Part shown: piece after piece, positions 28,655 through 42,699 of the stretch
Numbering within the stretch: position 1 is the stretch's first letter
Layout of the letters: every line of letters begins with the position of its first letter
Assembly: GCF_009834535.1 (NCBI RefSeq)
Contig: NC_045698.1
Coordinates: 10,604,001 to 10,668,000, forward strand
DNA from: Camelus ferus
Lineage: Eukaryota
DNA length: 64,000 nt
Reading direction: 5' to 3'
Notes under the pieces: generated by a model
Databases searched by the model: none
What the model saw: the letters and a program-made list of their open reading frames with translations, nothing else
Told to the model about the DNA's origin: nothing
Translations under genes and position numbers: made by a program

Positions 28655-29266
28655 CAGTTGGAACACTTCTGCACTGCTGGTGGGGATGTAAAATGGTGCA
28701 GCTGCTATGGAATTCAGTATGATGGGTCCTCAAAAAATTAAAAATAGAATTACTATACTTCTGGGCATATACTCAAAAGAATTAAAGCAGGGACTCAAGA
28801 GTTATTTGTACACTCATGTTCATAGCGGCATTATTCATAATAGTCAAAAGGTGGAAGTAACCTAGATGTCCACTGATGGATGAATGATGGGTAAACAAAA
28901 TGTGGTCTATACATACAATGCATATTATTCAGCCTTAAAAAAGGACATTCTGACTCAAGCTACATACAACACAGATGAACCTTGAAGACATTCTGCGAAG
29001 TGAAATAAGCCAGACACAAAACCACAAACACTGTGTGATTCCACAGTGGAGTCAAGTTCACAGAGACAGAGAGGAGAGCGGTGGTTGCAGGGGCTGCAGG
29101 TGGGGAGTGAGTGTTCAGTGGGGAAGTGCTTCAGTCGGGAAGATGCAGACAGCCGTGGGTGGACGGAACACAACAGTGTGCACGTACCTGACGCCACTGA
29201 AGTGCACAACTCATAGTGGTTAAGATGGTAAATTCTATGTTATGTGCATATGACCACAGTTAGAAA
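28655..29266 (+). mobile_element. Old L1 (L1MA/L1MB-like) ORF2 end + 3'UTR
   Basis: cactgctggtggggatgtaaaatggtgcagc...gatgaaccttgaagacatt...gtgaaataagccagacacaaaa...gatggtaaattctatgttatg. Confidence 0.88.
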
Positions 29267-29344
29267 GGAAATGTGCAGGGCAGTGAAGAGAGCCTCAAGC
29301 ATGTTGATCAATTTTTGGGTGGGGTAAGTGGAGCCATTTCCACA

Positions 29345-29746
<402 letters not shown>

Positions 29747-30129
29747 TCAGCCTTATAAGCCTTTTATCCCAAAAGACTAAAAACAATTTTAAATATAATA
29801 TTTGGGCGTTTTTTGGTAGAAAAATTAGAAAATTTAAACGAGAAAAAAGAAGAAAATCATCTACAACCTCATTCATTTCTCTACCCAGAAGGGGTCACAG
29901 TTAACACTCCGGGTTCTAGTTGCCCAGCTGTTTTATGGGTGCGTGTGGTGGGGTATCCACGGGTGTTTTAACATAAAAACGGGGTCGGGCTGCATTTGTA
30001 GTCTTTTGTAAACCATGAACATCTTTCCAGAATATGCTTCTACATTTGAATGGACGCACTGAGTTCCTCTTTGTAGGTTTACTTAGTAGGGCTTAGTCGC
30101 CCCCTATTGTTGTACGTTTAGGTTAACCT

Positions 30130-30535
30130 CACAAGTCATTTGTTGAGTCCTCACCCCCCTGTACCTCAGAACGTGACCCTCCTCGGCAGCGGGGTCATTG
30201 AAGGTACAATTAGTTAAGAAGGGGTCACAATGGGGTAGAGCGGGCTCCCAACTCAACGTGATGTCCTTCTAAAAGGGGAGACTTGGACCCGGAGACAGAC
30301 GTGCTCACAGGGAAGCCCACAGGCGCATGAAGGCAGGGGTTGCGGAGATGCCTCCCAAGCCAAGGGACCACCAGGAGCTGGAGAGAGGCCTGGGGCAGGT
30401 CCCCCCCTCGGCCTCAGAAGGAGCCAAACTGGCCACCCCCTCCATCTTCCGGCCTCCACACTGTGAGACAACACATTTCTGGGATTTGAGCTCCCCTGGT
30501 CTCAGTGCTGTGTTAGGACAGCCCCAGCAAACTCC
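30130..30535 (+). mobile_element. MaLR solo LTR (MLT1 family)
   Basis: gtacctcagaacgtgacc...gccaagggaccaccaggagctggagagaggc...cggcctccacactgtgagacaacacatttct...cagccccagcaaact. Confidence 0.85.
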
Positions 30536-30548
30536 TTCAGGCGGCTTC

Positions 30549-31020
30549 TGAGAAAAGGAGGTGTGGGGCCGACTGGCGTCCAGCCAAGTCCACAAGCCCC
30601 GCTCCTGGGCTCTCAGACGTCTGCCTGCGATCCCTCAACAGATAAAGCACATCCTCTCCTGGGCGTGTGGCCCTAACAAACTACTAGCCCCAGGTAGCGC
30701 CTAATCTCATGAAGGTTCAGGCTGGCTTGTCTCAGCCCGCCTTATCAGAGTCGTAAACCCCACCGCCCTTCACGGCCCTAAACCTCTTATCTCACCTACA
30801 TCCAGTCAGAGACTTGTGCTCAAGCTGATCAGGCATCTTGTGACCCCACCATATAAAGGCCCCCCACAACCGGCCCTTGGCGCTCACACAGGCCGCTCTC
30901 CCCCGTGGCCCACTGTGGTCCATGACAGCATGACCTAATAAACTCCTTTTCTATTCTCATCCTTTGCCTTTGGTAAACTCTTTCACTGCTTGCAACGCCG
31001 GCCCGCCTTGTCCCCTGACA
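30549..31020 (+). mobile_element. ERV-type solo LTR (probable ERV1 class)
   Basis: TG...CA termini, TATAAA at 30852-30857, AATAAA at 30937-30942, followed by U5-like cctttggtaaactctttcac. No clear TSD found. Confidence 0.6.
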
Positions 31021-32609
31021 GGAGAGACTCTGGGGCGGGGCAGGGAAAGAAGGGACACATGAATCTGAGCAGCTGAGAAGGGGCACGTGAATTTGAGCAG
31101 GGCGGGCAGTCTGCTTGGGCGGCCTGAGAGTACCGAGATCGCTGTGAGAAAGCGTCTCTGCTTCTGTAAATATATATACCTCAATATACCAACATCAAAA
31201 AGAGCAGCTTCTATGCAGAATAACGAAGAGCAACCATCTATAAAGCTTAAAGGGCCTGAAGGACTGACTGCTGGGGGATGAGCTCGGCCAAGCCTCTGAC
31301 TCCCCCAGGATGTGTCGTCCCCGCCCCCGCCCCTGCTTCGCTCCCGGGTACTTTGGGACCAATGGGCCCAAGGATGCTTTTCTTCTTTTTTACTTCTTGT
31401 CCTCTTTTAGTTACTAGAGGAAAACTCTGGAGGCCAAGGAAAGAGGCTTTTTCTTCTTGTTTTTCCCTCCTTCTCTCTAGCCTCCCCTCTGGTAGAAGAG
31501 TCTGATTATAACTACGAGGTTGTTTCCACCTGGTTAGCTGGGAGTGTAAAATCCCAGAAGCTGTTTTTCATCCATTTCCCCGACGCCTGCCACCCAGTCC
31601 CGTGTCCCTGAGCTGCTTCCAAGTGGAGCTGTTGGCTGGGGGTCATTTGTTAAAAGTGCTTTTGCATAGAGTCCATAGTTCCCAGGCGAGCTGCCGTAAT
31701 GACATTTAGTAAATTTCAGCTCCTATAAACTGCCTTCCAAGACTGTTCGGAAATAGCTTATATTCCTTATGACAAGTAGAACATTAAAAATAGAAATTAA
31801 GCAAGGTTTTTGAACAGTTGTAGACGGATTTCGTGGTGTGGCTGCAGCGGGAGGACACTGACTCGGCCTGTTTACAGGTATGCAGCTCTGAGCCGCCCAA
31901 ACCAGAAACAGGAAGGGCCATTCACATCTCCAAATTCTTCTGACCCCAGCCCACCAGGGGGACGGGCCCTTTCCAGAATCAGCGGTTCTCAAACTTGTCC
32001 ATCCCATAGATCTTATACTTGTTGCAAAATGCCACAAAATATTAATATCAATCTAGACAAGTCTCATTACCTATAATTTTCCCCATGAGAATTAAGGAAA
32101 AAGCCCTCCTCTCATTTTAGTAACAGGATCATATGTGTATTCTCAAGACGCAAATCTGGCAACTCTTATTCTAATTCAAATTCCTTAATTCCCAGGCTGA
32201 AAAACCTCACAAGAACTACTGATTGACCTGCTATGTTCTGTTTACTAGGTTTTTCACAGAGGCAGGTCATCATACCCCTGTGTTTCTAATGTATCCTTTC
32301 TAAAATATGTGTGTTTGTATGGCGGACAGGACATATTTAAATCACTCCAACAAATAGTGGTTGTATCAGGCACTACACCAACTCACCCAGCTGCAAAGAG
32401 GCTGGTTACCTGCAAGAGGGCTGGGACACATATGAGACACTCATCATTTTAATCTGCACATGAGCAATATTTACTTGGAAGATTTGGGGATGGGAGGTAC
32501 AAACATTGCCCAGGCCTTGGAGAGATATTGTAGACCCACGCATAAAGTAAGTAAAGGTGAAGTTTTAACACAAGAACTTAAATTCTATCTCTATTTTTAT
32601 CAAGACTCG

Positions 32610-33398
32610 ACACCACTCAGAATGGCCATCATTCAAAAGTCCACAAATGACAAATGCCGGAGAGGCTGTGGAGAAAAGAAAACCCTCCTACACTGCTGGT
32701 GGGAATGAAGTTTGGTGCAGCCACTGTGGAAAACAGTATGGAGATTCCTCGAAAGACTAGGAATAGACTTACCATATGACCCAGGAATCCCGTTCCTGGG
32801 CTTGTATCCAGAAGGAACCCTACTTCAAAATGACACCTGCACCCCAGTGTTCATAGCAGCACTATTTACAATAGCCAAGACATGGAAACAGCCTAAATGT
32901 CCATCAACAGATGATTGGATGAAAAAGAAGTGGTATATTTATACAATGGAATACTACTCAGCCATAAGAAACGACAACATAACACCATTTGCAGCAACAT
33001 GGGTGTCCCTGGAGAATGTCATTCTAAGTGAAGTAAGCCAGAAAGAGAAAGAAAAATACCATATGAGATCGCTCATATGTGGAATCTAAAAGAAAAAAAA
33101 AAAGAACATAAATACAAAACAGAAACAGACTCATAGACACAGAATACAAACTTGCGGTTGCCAGGGGGACGGGGGATGGGAAGGGATAGACTGGGATTTC
33201 AAAACGTAGAATAGATAAACAAGATTGTACTGTATAGCACAGGGAAATATATACAAGATCTTGTGGTAGCTCACAGTGAAAAAAATGTGACAATGAATAT
33301 ATGTATGTTCATGTATAACTGAAAAATTGTGCTCTACACTGGAATTTGACACAACATTGTAAAATAACTATAACTCAATAAAAAAATGTTAAAAAAAA
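32610..33398 (+). mobile_element. Young lineage-specific L1, 5'-truncated (ORF2 C-terminus + 3'UTR + poly-A)
   Basis: ORF 32712..33089 is the L1 ORF2 C-terminus ([11 protein letters not shown]...YTMEYYSA...LSEVSQ). AATAAA and A-tail present. Highly similar to the copies at 49261 and 56329. Confidence 0.95.
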
Positions 33399-35344
33399 GA
33401 AAGAAATGTAAGTAGCTGTTTTCAGTATGACGAAGACGTGCAAATGGGTTTTAGTGTCTGGCACAGGTGACTTGTAAAGGAGACACTGAACAGGGGAGGG
33501 CGTTTACTGGGGCAGGAAAGTGACATAGGAAAGGGTGGGGGGTGATGAGAGAACAGCACCCCATCTTGAGCCTGTGGTCAAGGTTACGGGAAACAAAGAA
33601 TGGGCAAGGTCTGAGTATAAAAACACTTACAGACTAACACAGCACTGTCAATCAATTATACCTGAATAAAAAAAAAAAGCTAACAGGCTCACTAAGAAAG
33701 AAGAAGGAAGGAGAGCAAAGATGCCTGATGCAGCGGACAGCAGAAGGCGAGAGAGGAATTAAAGAGTTAGGCAGAAAATTGGAATGAGGTCAGCAAACTG
33801 AAGGAGGAAAAATCATTAGCGTTTAACTTTTAAGTGTTTGAAAAAAATTGACACATGCTTCCTTAGCAATTGCAGAAAGAACCTGTTTGGTGGAAGAAAA
33901 TCACTATAATTGTAAAAATATCAACAGTGATAAAAGCGATTGTTAGATATATCTGGGATACAGAACAATTTTGGTTCAAATGTAAGATTTTGTGATTCCA
34001 TTTTAAAATTGAAAATCTTAGATTTAACTTGGAAAATGACATTGATTTTTATTTCAATGACCAAATGTTCTTCCCAACAGTGTCAATTACCCAGTACACT
34101 CAATTTTTCCTTAATTACTGGCAGCTAGTAATTAGCCGTTAGTCCCAAAGTCTCATCCAAGCATGACTAAAACAGGGAATGTTAGTTTTATTTAGAAGTT
34201 TAAAAAAAAAAAAAAAAACAACCAAAAACCTAGTAACAAAAAGGAACTAACTTATCTTTCTTTTTAGGCAAAAATTTATTTAGACCCATTCATTTCACAT
34301 ATGGAATTTTCTCAAATACATAAAACATCTTTGAAAATGGTCCAGATCAAATCTAGCTGCAGAAGTTTCTTCAAACCTCAGCTGATGAGTTTGCATTCAG
34401 GGTGTCAGCTGAGGGAAAGCAAGGTATCTCCTCTCTACCCCATGCCCTGAAGCTCTGAGCCCAATGCGATGATCAATAGTGACCCTTTGGCTGAATATCT
34501 GGCCCGCAAGAAGCATCCTCTCTTCCACACGGTCCTCAGCACAAAATTCTATGCTGCATTAAAAAGGAAAACCACCAAGGCCTCACTCCATTTACTTTCA
34601 GATTCAGTCATAGGAGTAAACATTAGCAGACACTTGGGTTCACTGGAAATGGCCTGGGTTTATCTCCTGGCTCTTCATTCAACCCTAACATCCATGGTTC
34701 TCCTACAGTGGGTTTGTGAAGTGTTCACAGGCTTCATGCAACTGCCTTCAATAGGTGTGCATTCAATTTTTATGCTAGGTAACCTGACCTATTTTAAAGT
34801 CAAGAGGTTCTGAAATCATGCCCTTATGGGTTTTATCACTCAATAGAAGGCAGAAGTAGAACTCCAGCTCTAAAGGAAGGTGCTTTCCCAAGTCTTGGTG
34901 AACCTGTAGGCCAGTCACTGTGTGTGTGTCATACAATGTTTTCATTGTTTCATGGAAAGAATGTCATGCCAAGAGTATTTAGTCTTGTCTTGGAATAGAA
35001 GAATGAAGTCCTGAAATGAGATAATTTTAATACATAAAACAACCTTTGTTTCCACAGCTGATGCACATTAATCCTAACAATCATTCTATTTTTATTCTTA
35101 AGATTAAGTGAGTCTGTATAGTAATGTCTGTCTCTAGCAAAAGCATGTGCCGTTTTTTTAGTGGTGATGAGTTTTAATAACACTAATATATAATTTTCTT
35201 TCTTTCTTTCTTCTCTTTCTTTCTCCCCACCCCTCCTTTCTCTAATCTTATGTAGCTTTATTTGTAGCTTAAAAAAAAATCTGCTTCTACCCAATAGACC
35301 AAAAGTGCCTTGAGGTTGGATCCATGTTTTTCTTTGATTTGTTT

Positions 35345-35480
35345 CTTTTTTTCAATTGAAGTATAGTCAGATACAATGTGTCAATTTCTGGTATACAGCA
35401 TAATGTCCCAGTCATGCATACACTAATACATAATATTACATATTATTTTTTATATATATATACACACATATATGTATATA
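35345..35480 (-). mobile_element. Short L1 3' terminal fragment with (TA)n-rich tract
   Basis: Poly-T followed by attgaagtatagtcag...acaatgtgtcaatttctggtatacagcataatg. Confidence 0.7.
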
Positions 35481-35688
35481 TCGTCATCTGACACAGGATT
35501 TGGGAACCAAAGACACAAAACTACAGCTTCCCAGAGAAAACACATTTTCTTTTCTTGCCCTAGAAGCCAAATTCCATTCCTTCCATCCCTTGAAATTTTT
35601 GGGAGAAATATTTAATGATTACGGAAGAGATCACATTGCAATAAATACATGTAAAGAAATTAAGAGGAATAAGGAATTACCAAAGCTA

Positions 35689-35934
<246 letters not shown>

Positions 35935-36872
35935 CTACGGAGGGAAGAAACACACACACAGCATTAGAAATGTTGTCTTGTCTCCAGGGAGTCCCACTTC
36001 AACAGTAAAACTCAGCAGATCATGTTTCTATAGAAACGCTAAGCAGTTTACAGTGTAAATCTCACTGTAATTTGATAAAAGTTATTATTTTTCATTTTCA
36101 TCCATATTAGCTTCAGTTTGAAATATCTTCTTGTAGGGGAGATACCTGTCCATTGGGGTTAAAGTAATAGCAAAAACTCAATAAGCACTTTATGTTAATA
36201 TCAGAAAACATTTCTAAGAAGTTCTGGGTTAAGAGCTTAACATGTTAAATTTTACTTGCAGGCTACATTTACACAACAGCAACAGGCATCCTGGAGATCG
36301 AGTCAACCACTTTATACGGAGTGGGTGATGGCTTCTTTTCTTCCTTTAAGGAAGGGGTGTGTGTTTGTGTGAGAGAGGGAGAGAGAGAGAGAAATATTGT
36401 GTGTGTATTATATATGTATCCCTCATAGCACAGAGTAAGTTCTACACTATGAAAATAGGTATTGAAGGAATTTGCTACACCATCAAATGATGCTATTCAC
36501 CTGATTCTACTGTGTTTTAATTTGATCTATATTCCTGATCTCTGTGCAGACAAATAGGAAAACCTTGAAACCAAACACACTGTTTTGGGATAATTCTTGC
36601 TGGAGAAGATGCAGTTGTAGAACATTCTATTTTAACCACCCTCCATGAGGGGCCGGCCCTCTGAGGTCCTGGCAGCTTGTCAGGATGGCATTTCCAAGTG
36701 AACTTGCCCACCTACTGGATGTATAAATTAGACTGGAGATGGTGAGAATGGATGTCCAGGTGGAAAGAACTTTATTTTTAAAATGTCGCCAGAACATGGA
36801 CTCTGTCTTTGGGAACAGGCCACTGACTGAGAAGGAGAGTCAGCTTTCTGTACAGTCCTACACTTTTCAACA

Positions 36873-37140
36873 TAGACTTAATTTTTTAGATTAGTTTTAG
36901 GTTCACAGCAAAATGGAGCAGAAAGTACAGAGTCGCCATAGTCCCTCTCCCCCAAAGCCCACACCACATCCCCACCATCAACATCCCATCCCATACATCT
37001 ATCACAACTGATGAACCTACACTGACACGTCATTATCACTCAGAGTCCATGGTTTATATTAGGGTTCACTCTAGGTGTTGTACATTCTGGGGGTTTTGAC
37101 AAATGTTCTATAATGATGCTTATCCACCACTCTATAGTTG
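36873..37140 (-). mobile_element. Old L1 (L1MC-like) 3' fragment
   Basis: ttttaggttcacagcaaaatggagcagaaagtacagag...gatgaacctacactgacacgtcattatcac...agggttcactct. Confidence 0.8.
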
Positions 37141-37604
37141 AACATTCTATGCAAAACACTGTTAGCAAAAAGAATGTATTTATAGGAAGATACCAACGTG
37201 TAAAATCACTTTAGAAAAATCTAGGATAAAAATAAATGATAGCTGTAGGAATTCAGTATCATTCCTCTGCTAAAGTGGTATCACACAAAGTAGTTTTTGC
37301 TAATTGTTTCCAATTATATCTCTTATTCTCTTTTCCTTTTTCCAATCATAACTGTAAAAATTTCCATAAGAAACTTCTTAGCCTTTGTAGAGCATTCCTG
37401 CCATGACGCCTTCCGGAAGAACAAATTTTCCTTCTACCAAAGCTGATCTAATGCTTTAACACCCTAAAGCAAAATAACAACCACCAAGCTCTTTGATAGT
37501 AAATCTCGTGTTCAAAAGGTGTATCAAGTCAGAGGACTCCTGCTATGTGTCAAAACCTATCACTTGATAATCTTCCAGATTAATTTCCTTCTGGACTTCT
37601 ATAG

Positions 37605-38030
37605 TGGATGTTGTCGGCGATCCACCCAGATCCCTTTTACTGGTCAGCGCATCCATCCCCAGGTGCTAGGAGTTGGCCATTAATGCCCCACAGCTGCTTC
37701 CTTCTCAGGGAAAATTGCCCCCAGCCACTTTGGATTGGTTAAGCCACACCTGACCCCCAGGCAGCACCCAGCCAATGGCTGGCTGACTTCAGAGTATACA
37801 AAATCACCTCCCAGCCTCTCTGTGGGATCACCCTGGTACAATTCATACTCCAGAGCTCCTGTAGGATCAAGTGGAAGTTGGTCTTCAGTGGGGACAACAT
37901 CCTTGCATAACCTTTTCCCACCACTCACTGCTTCCCTCTCCTCTCCTCCTTAGAGCTCACACTCAATAAATCACTCACACAAGAATTCCCCAAGGCGGGT
38001 TCTGCTTCCAGAGAATCTAACTGAAGGCAA
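37605..38030 (+). mobile_element. ERVL solo LTR (LTR16-like)
   Basis: cagccaatggctggctgac...tacaattcatactccagagctc...ctcaataaatcact...tctgcttccagagaatctaactgaaggca. Confidence 0.7.
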
Positions 38031-38173
38031 CTTCTAATTTCCTTTCTCTCAGACAGAGAAGAGTCTATGGTTTGTTCTTCTCCTTCTCATCCTCCCCGAG
38101 TCCATGACTGTAAATTGTTTATTTTCATTGCTAAAATGTGTGTTCAAATTTAAATGATATCATTATATATTAG

Positions 38174-38320
38174 TGTTATCAAAACTCAGGCTCAGCTGCT
38201 CACCACGTGAAAAGCAAGTGTTGGTAGAAAGGAAAGTTTGCTCTTTTCTGGAGGCCAGCACCTGGGGGAAGGGTGGACTCATGTCCAAAGGCCAACTGCC
38301 CCACCATCTCCCTGCCTGCC
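38174..38320 (-). mobile_element. ERV1-like LTR 3' fragment
   Basis: tgttatcaaaactcaggctcagctgctcacc...caagtgttggtagaaaggaaagtttgc...ggtggactcatgtccaaagg. Confidence 0.55.
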
Positions 38321-39719
38321 CCAGTTTGCCGGACCTGAGTTTCAATAACATCAGTACAAGTTTTAAAAGCATATAGGAAGGCACCTAAATAAAGTAGGAT
38401 TAATCTTTTTATGTGTCTTATTGGTAAAACTTTATTCTTTGCTAAAAACATATCAGCCCTGACTGGGGCATCCACTGCAATGTTTCTATTTCCACCAGCT
38501 GTTCCTTGAGGGAGTCCTAAATCCAGTGCGGAGGCAGAAGCGAAGAAAGAAGGGCACTGGGAATGATGGCTCTGTCAGCAAGACTGAGCACGGAAACTCC
38601 ACTCAGCTCAACAATTATGGTAATTTGAGGAAAGAGCTCAGGGATTAGAGCCACGCAGACTTGACTGGATCTGCTTCTTCTTAACAACGGAGAGGCCTTG
38701 GCCAAAGTACTTATTCTCGCTGAAATAATGGCTCTTAGATTGTATGTAAGTAGTGTACAGGGCCCCAAGCACCATCGGCCCAGAGAAGGCACTTGAAGGC
38801 AAGGATTTTTGTCTATGTGGTTTACTGCTTTACACCTACCACCTTGCTACATCATAAACACTCAAACGTTTTTGGCTGAATGACTGAATTAGGTATTTTT
38901 CTACCAGGAATTTCGATGTTGGTACTGATTAGTATGCACTTGGAAAAAAAAATCACATTTTGATTGTAAGATGAAGACATTATTACTTGTAAGATATACC
39001 ATTGATTTAACTTTTTTTTTGACTACATTAAATGTATGCAGTGATGGGGAAACATCCTGATTTCAAGAAACATTAAAGTACAAGGGAAAAAGAGCTTTAG
39101 AATTGAAGACATATATTATATTAATATTATTTAGCCTTTTTATTATTCCCTTTTATAGTATTTCCCCCAATTTGTTCATATCCTAATTTTATAATTTTCT
39201 TTTGATACCAGAAATACTAAATTATTATGTAGTCAATCATTTCATGGAGTTTCCTTCCATAATTTTGGACTTCATCATTCTTACCCATCTTTAGATAAAG
39301 TAATTTTGTCCAGTTTGTAGTTCCATTTGCACCTTTAGCTTTTTAATCCTCCTGCAACTTATGCTGTGAAGTATGGCCTAAAATTAATTTTCTCAAAATA
39401 GCGTATTTCTTCAACACCAAATGGAATAAAATACCCACTGCCCATTTATTTGTGACGTTTTCTTATCAGTCATTAATTCTCCAGTGCCCTTCACGCACCT
39501 ACTGTTTGCTTTATCTGGCTGTCTCAGTTGGCTTACCCTGTTTTTCTTCATAGCATGTTCATTACTAGACATTATATTGCTGCTTACTTGCTATTTGTCT
39601 TCCTGTCTATCTTCTCCACTTGAATGTAAGCTCCAGGGCACAGAGAACTGTGTCTGGCTCAGGCCACATCCCCAGACCTACAACATGGTAAGGGGTCATG
39701 TGAAAGGAGAATGATGACT

Positions 39720-40660
39720 ACTTGAAAGGATGAAGTGAGAGGTACACAAACAACATAAACCCTTCCTGTGATGGGTGCTGAAGAGATGAAATTAATGAGC
39801 TGGGGACTCCTTGGAGGAGCTTATTCAGATGACCCAGACAAGGAAACCCCTTCAAAGAGATGACATTTGAGCCGAGGGTCGAAGAACAAGAAGGAACCAG
39901 CTGTATTAGAGCTGGAGGAAGGCTTGGTGTTTTTAAGGACCAGAAGAGCAGCCAGTGAGAGGAGAGAGGGGTGTAAGGTGAATTTGGAAGGGTAGGCAAT
40001 GCTGAGGTCATTCCTGGTCACGGTGGAGAACACGAACACGGTCTTTGTTCTACGAGCAGTGGGAAGCTGTCAAAGGGTCCAAGCAGAGGTGGGACAGAGG
40101 CTCCTGCTGTCTGCAAGGATGGACGTGGTCTGAAGAGGGACCGGCAGAGCAGGAAGTCAGGAGATCTGTGGTAATCCAGGTAAGAGAAGGCGATGGTTTG
40201 GACTTGGGTGGGGGCCGGGGAGTGGAGATGGAGAGAAGTGATTGACTTGAGAGCTTTTTGGTGGTAAAATAAATGGCTCTGGTGATGGACTACATGGTGG
40301 GCGTGTAGAAAAGGGAGAAATCAAAGCCAACGGTTGAGTGTTTTGGTAAGTCGCTAATTAAATGGTATAGTTACTTACTGAGCTGAGGAGACTGGGGTAG
40401 GTAAGGGTTGGGAGGAAAAAGCAAGACCTCCACTGGGAAGTCCCCTGTTGGGTGTTAGATGCCCGTTAGGATTCCAAGCACAGAAGTCATCAGGTAAGAT
40501 AGTTGGCTGCATGAACCTGGAGTCCACAGGGGATGTCCGGGCTGCAGATACCTGGACGTCATCAGCGTATAGGTAGTATCTAAAGGCAGGAGACTAAATG
40601 AGACCATCTAGACAGGACAGAGACAGAAAGGAGTCTGAGATTCAGCCCTGCAGCACTCCA
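39720..40660 (-). mobile_element. L2 LINE remnant
   Basis: gagatgacatttgagccgagg...gtaatccaggtaagagaaggcgatggtttggacttggg...gtcatcagcgtataggtagta are typical L2 segments. Confidence 0.65.
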
Positions 40661-42699
40661 GAGATAAATTTGAACATATTAAGGATGTAGCAAGCCTTCC
40701 ATGTCATACTGGGGAGGTCACAATGCTATAGGTCAGCGTCAATCAGTCAGCTAGTTCTGTCCTGGCCACGTCACTCGCAAACACTGCTGCATCTCTAGCC
40801 AAGACCAGGAAGAACAGCTGCTGAAAGATGAAAAGCTATGGCTTTGAAATTCAGTTGCAGACGTGTTTAAGGTGTCTTCGAAGTGCCTTAGGCCTGGAGT
40901 CACAATTCTGTCCCAAGACAGTCCTAAGTACAGAGGCTCATTGGCTGTTTAGAGGCAGGTTTCTAGATGTTCGTGGGCTTCCCAAAGTAAAGACACGTTA
41001 GATCAGGGCCACAGCTAACAGGACTCCAACCACTGTAAATAGGAAGCTGCCGTTCGACCACAGCCTGGTTCTGATCCCAGATGGCCTGGCCCCCATGCCT
41101 CCTCACCCTTCAATCAGGGTTCTCCATGCTGCGGGCACTCGGCAATGCAGAATGTCTGACTTAAAAACTTATCTGGCTCCAGAAGGCTTTTCTTGGGTCT
41201 TACCTGCCTTAGGATCTCCCAGCGTCTGCCAGGTTCATGGTGTTCTATTGCCTAACTTTTTCCTCCAGAAAGTCAGCAGAATGACAGGGTATTAAAAAGT
41301 AAAAAAAAACAAAGCAAAACAAAAAACTCAAAACAGACCAAAAAAACCCCCCAAAACAAAAACCACACACAACCTCCAGGGAAATGGCTAACAAATCCCA
41401 CATGTGATCTCCCAGGATGAACTGTCTTAGATCATTAAACCCTAGAAGACACGCTGACATTTTAAAGGTGGGCTCGGGAGGCCAGAAACATTTCTATACT
41501 GCAGACTGAGAGTCTCCACACCAGGAGTCACCGCCTCACCCCAGTCCTGCCCATCATTTCGTGCCAATGTTAACAGCAAGCGTTCCTCACTAGCTGGGCA
41601 GAATGTCGCACCCCCGGGAAGGGGTCCAGGAGGTGACGCCTTGTCCCTGAGAGCAGCCCTGGCTCACCTGGCAGTACAGCTGATCTCCGGGCTGGGAGCT
41701 CTGTGAGTTTTTCTCCCCGCACCCCCCCAACTCTAAACTTCATTAAACTTCTCACTCTCTCGGTTCCCCCCCACCCCCACCATTTTTCTCTCTTGGCTCC
41801 TGCAGTCTGTCCTCCTTAAAGCAATGCTCATCACTTTAACCACAATCTTGTCAATGCCCACAGCTCACCAAATCTTTGGTTCCGGATTCATCTAATTATT
41901 TACCTGTTCCACTCTTATCGATATTTACAGACTTCTACTTGGGCTTCGAGAACGGCTGGAATCAAGTATCCAACAATACAGGCTGCTGCCACTATCCACT
42001 CATCATCTCCTTCCTCGACCAGGCTGTTCGCTGCTCAGTTTTCCTTCCGTCTTTCCCATTCCCTCCTCTCTGTATTCCTGGGCTGCCTCATTGCCTCCTA
42101 CTCAGCAGATAACCTCACCCCTTACTTCATCCGGAATACGGAATCCATCAGGTAGAAACTAAACTCCTTGTTGCTTCTCACCCTAAAACAATCCTCAACA
42201 AAACACATCTGCCCCAAACCCTTCTTCACCTGCTCTCACCTATTACAATGGAAAGGCCAGTCTGACCTGGGCCGGTGTGGGGCCATCCACCTGGGTCTCT
42301 GCATTTGTGCCTCTCTGACCTCATCAGGAGCAGCCATCTGCCTCTCCTGCTGGTCTGATCCTGGCTGCTTGACTGGCCCTTCCCCATTAAGCATGTAAAT
42401 ACACCTGCTTAAGCCTCTTCCATCTGAAAAATCACCCTTCTCTTGACTTCTCTAGTTACCGCCCTCTTTCCCACCTTCTTTCCATAGACATCTATCAAAC
42501 GTTACGTGTGCTCCTTATTTCCATTTTTGTTTTTCGCATTTACTCCTCAGTCTGTTAGAACAGCAGCTCCAAAAATGCAGGCACCCTGTCTGTATCCCCA
42601 GAACCACATCTGACATGGTCTGGTCACATAACAGGTAGTCAACACGTAATGCTTTGTTAAAACCTCCCGCTGGGTTCTGGCTTCTGACTCCCCGCCCGC

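Noticed and set aside
32712..33089. 125-aa ORF that looks like a real protein
   Set aside because: C-terminal remnant of L1 ORF2 in a 5'-truncated element, preceded by an in-frame stop. The same applies to 56854..57105.
38930..39120. Possible TcMar-type DNA transposon fragment
   Set aside because: Resemblance too weak to call without a profile search.
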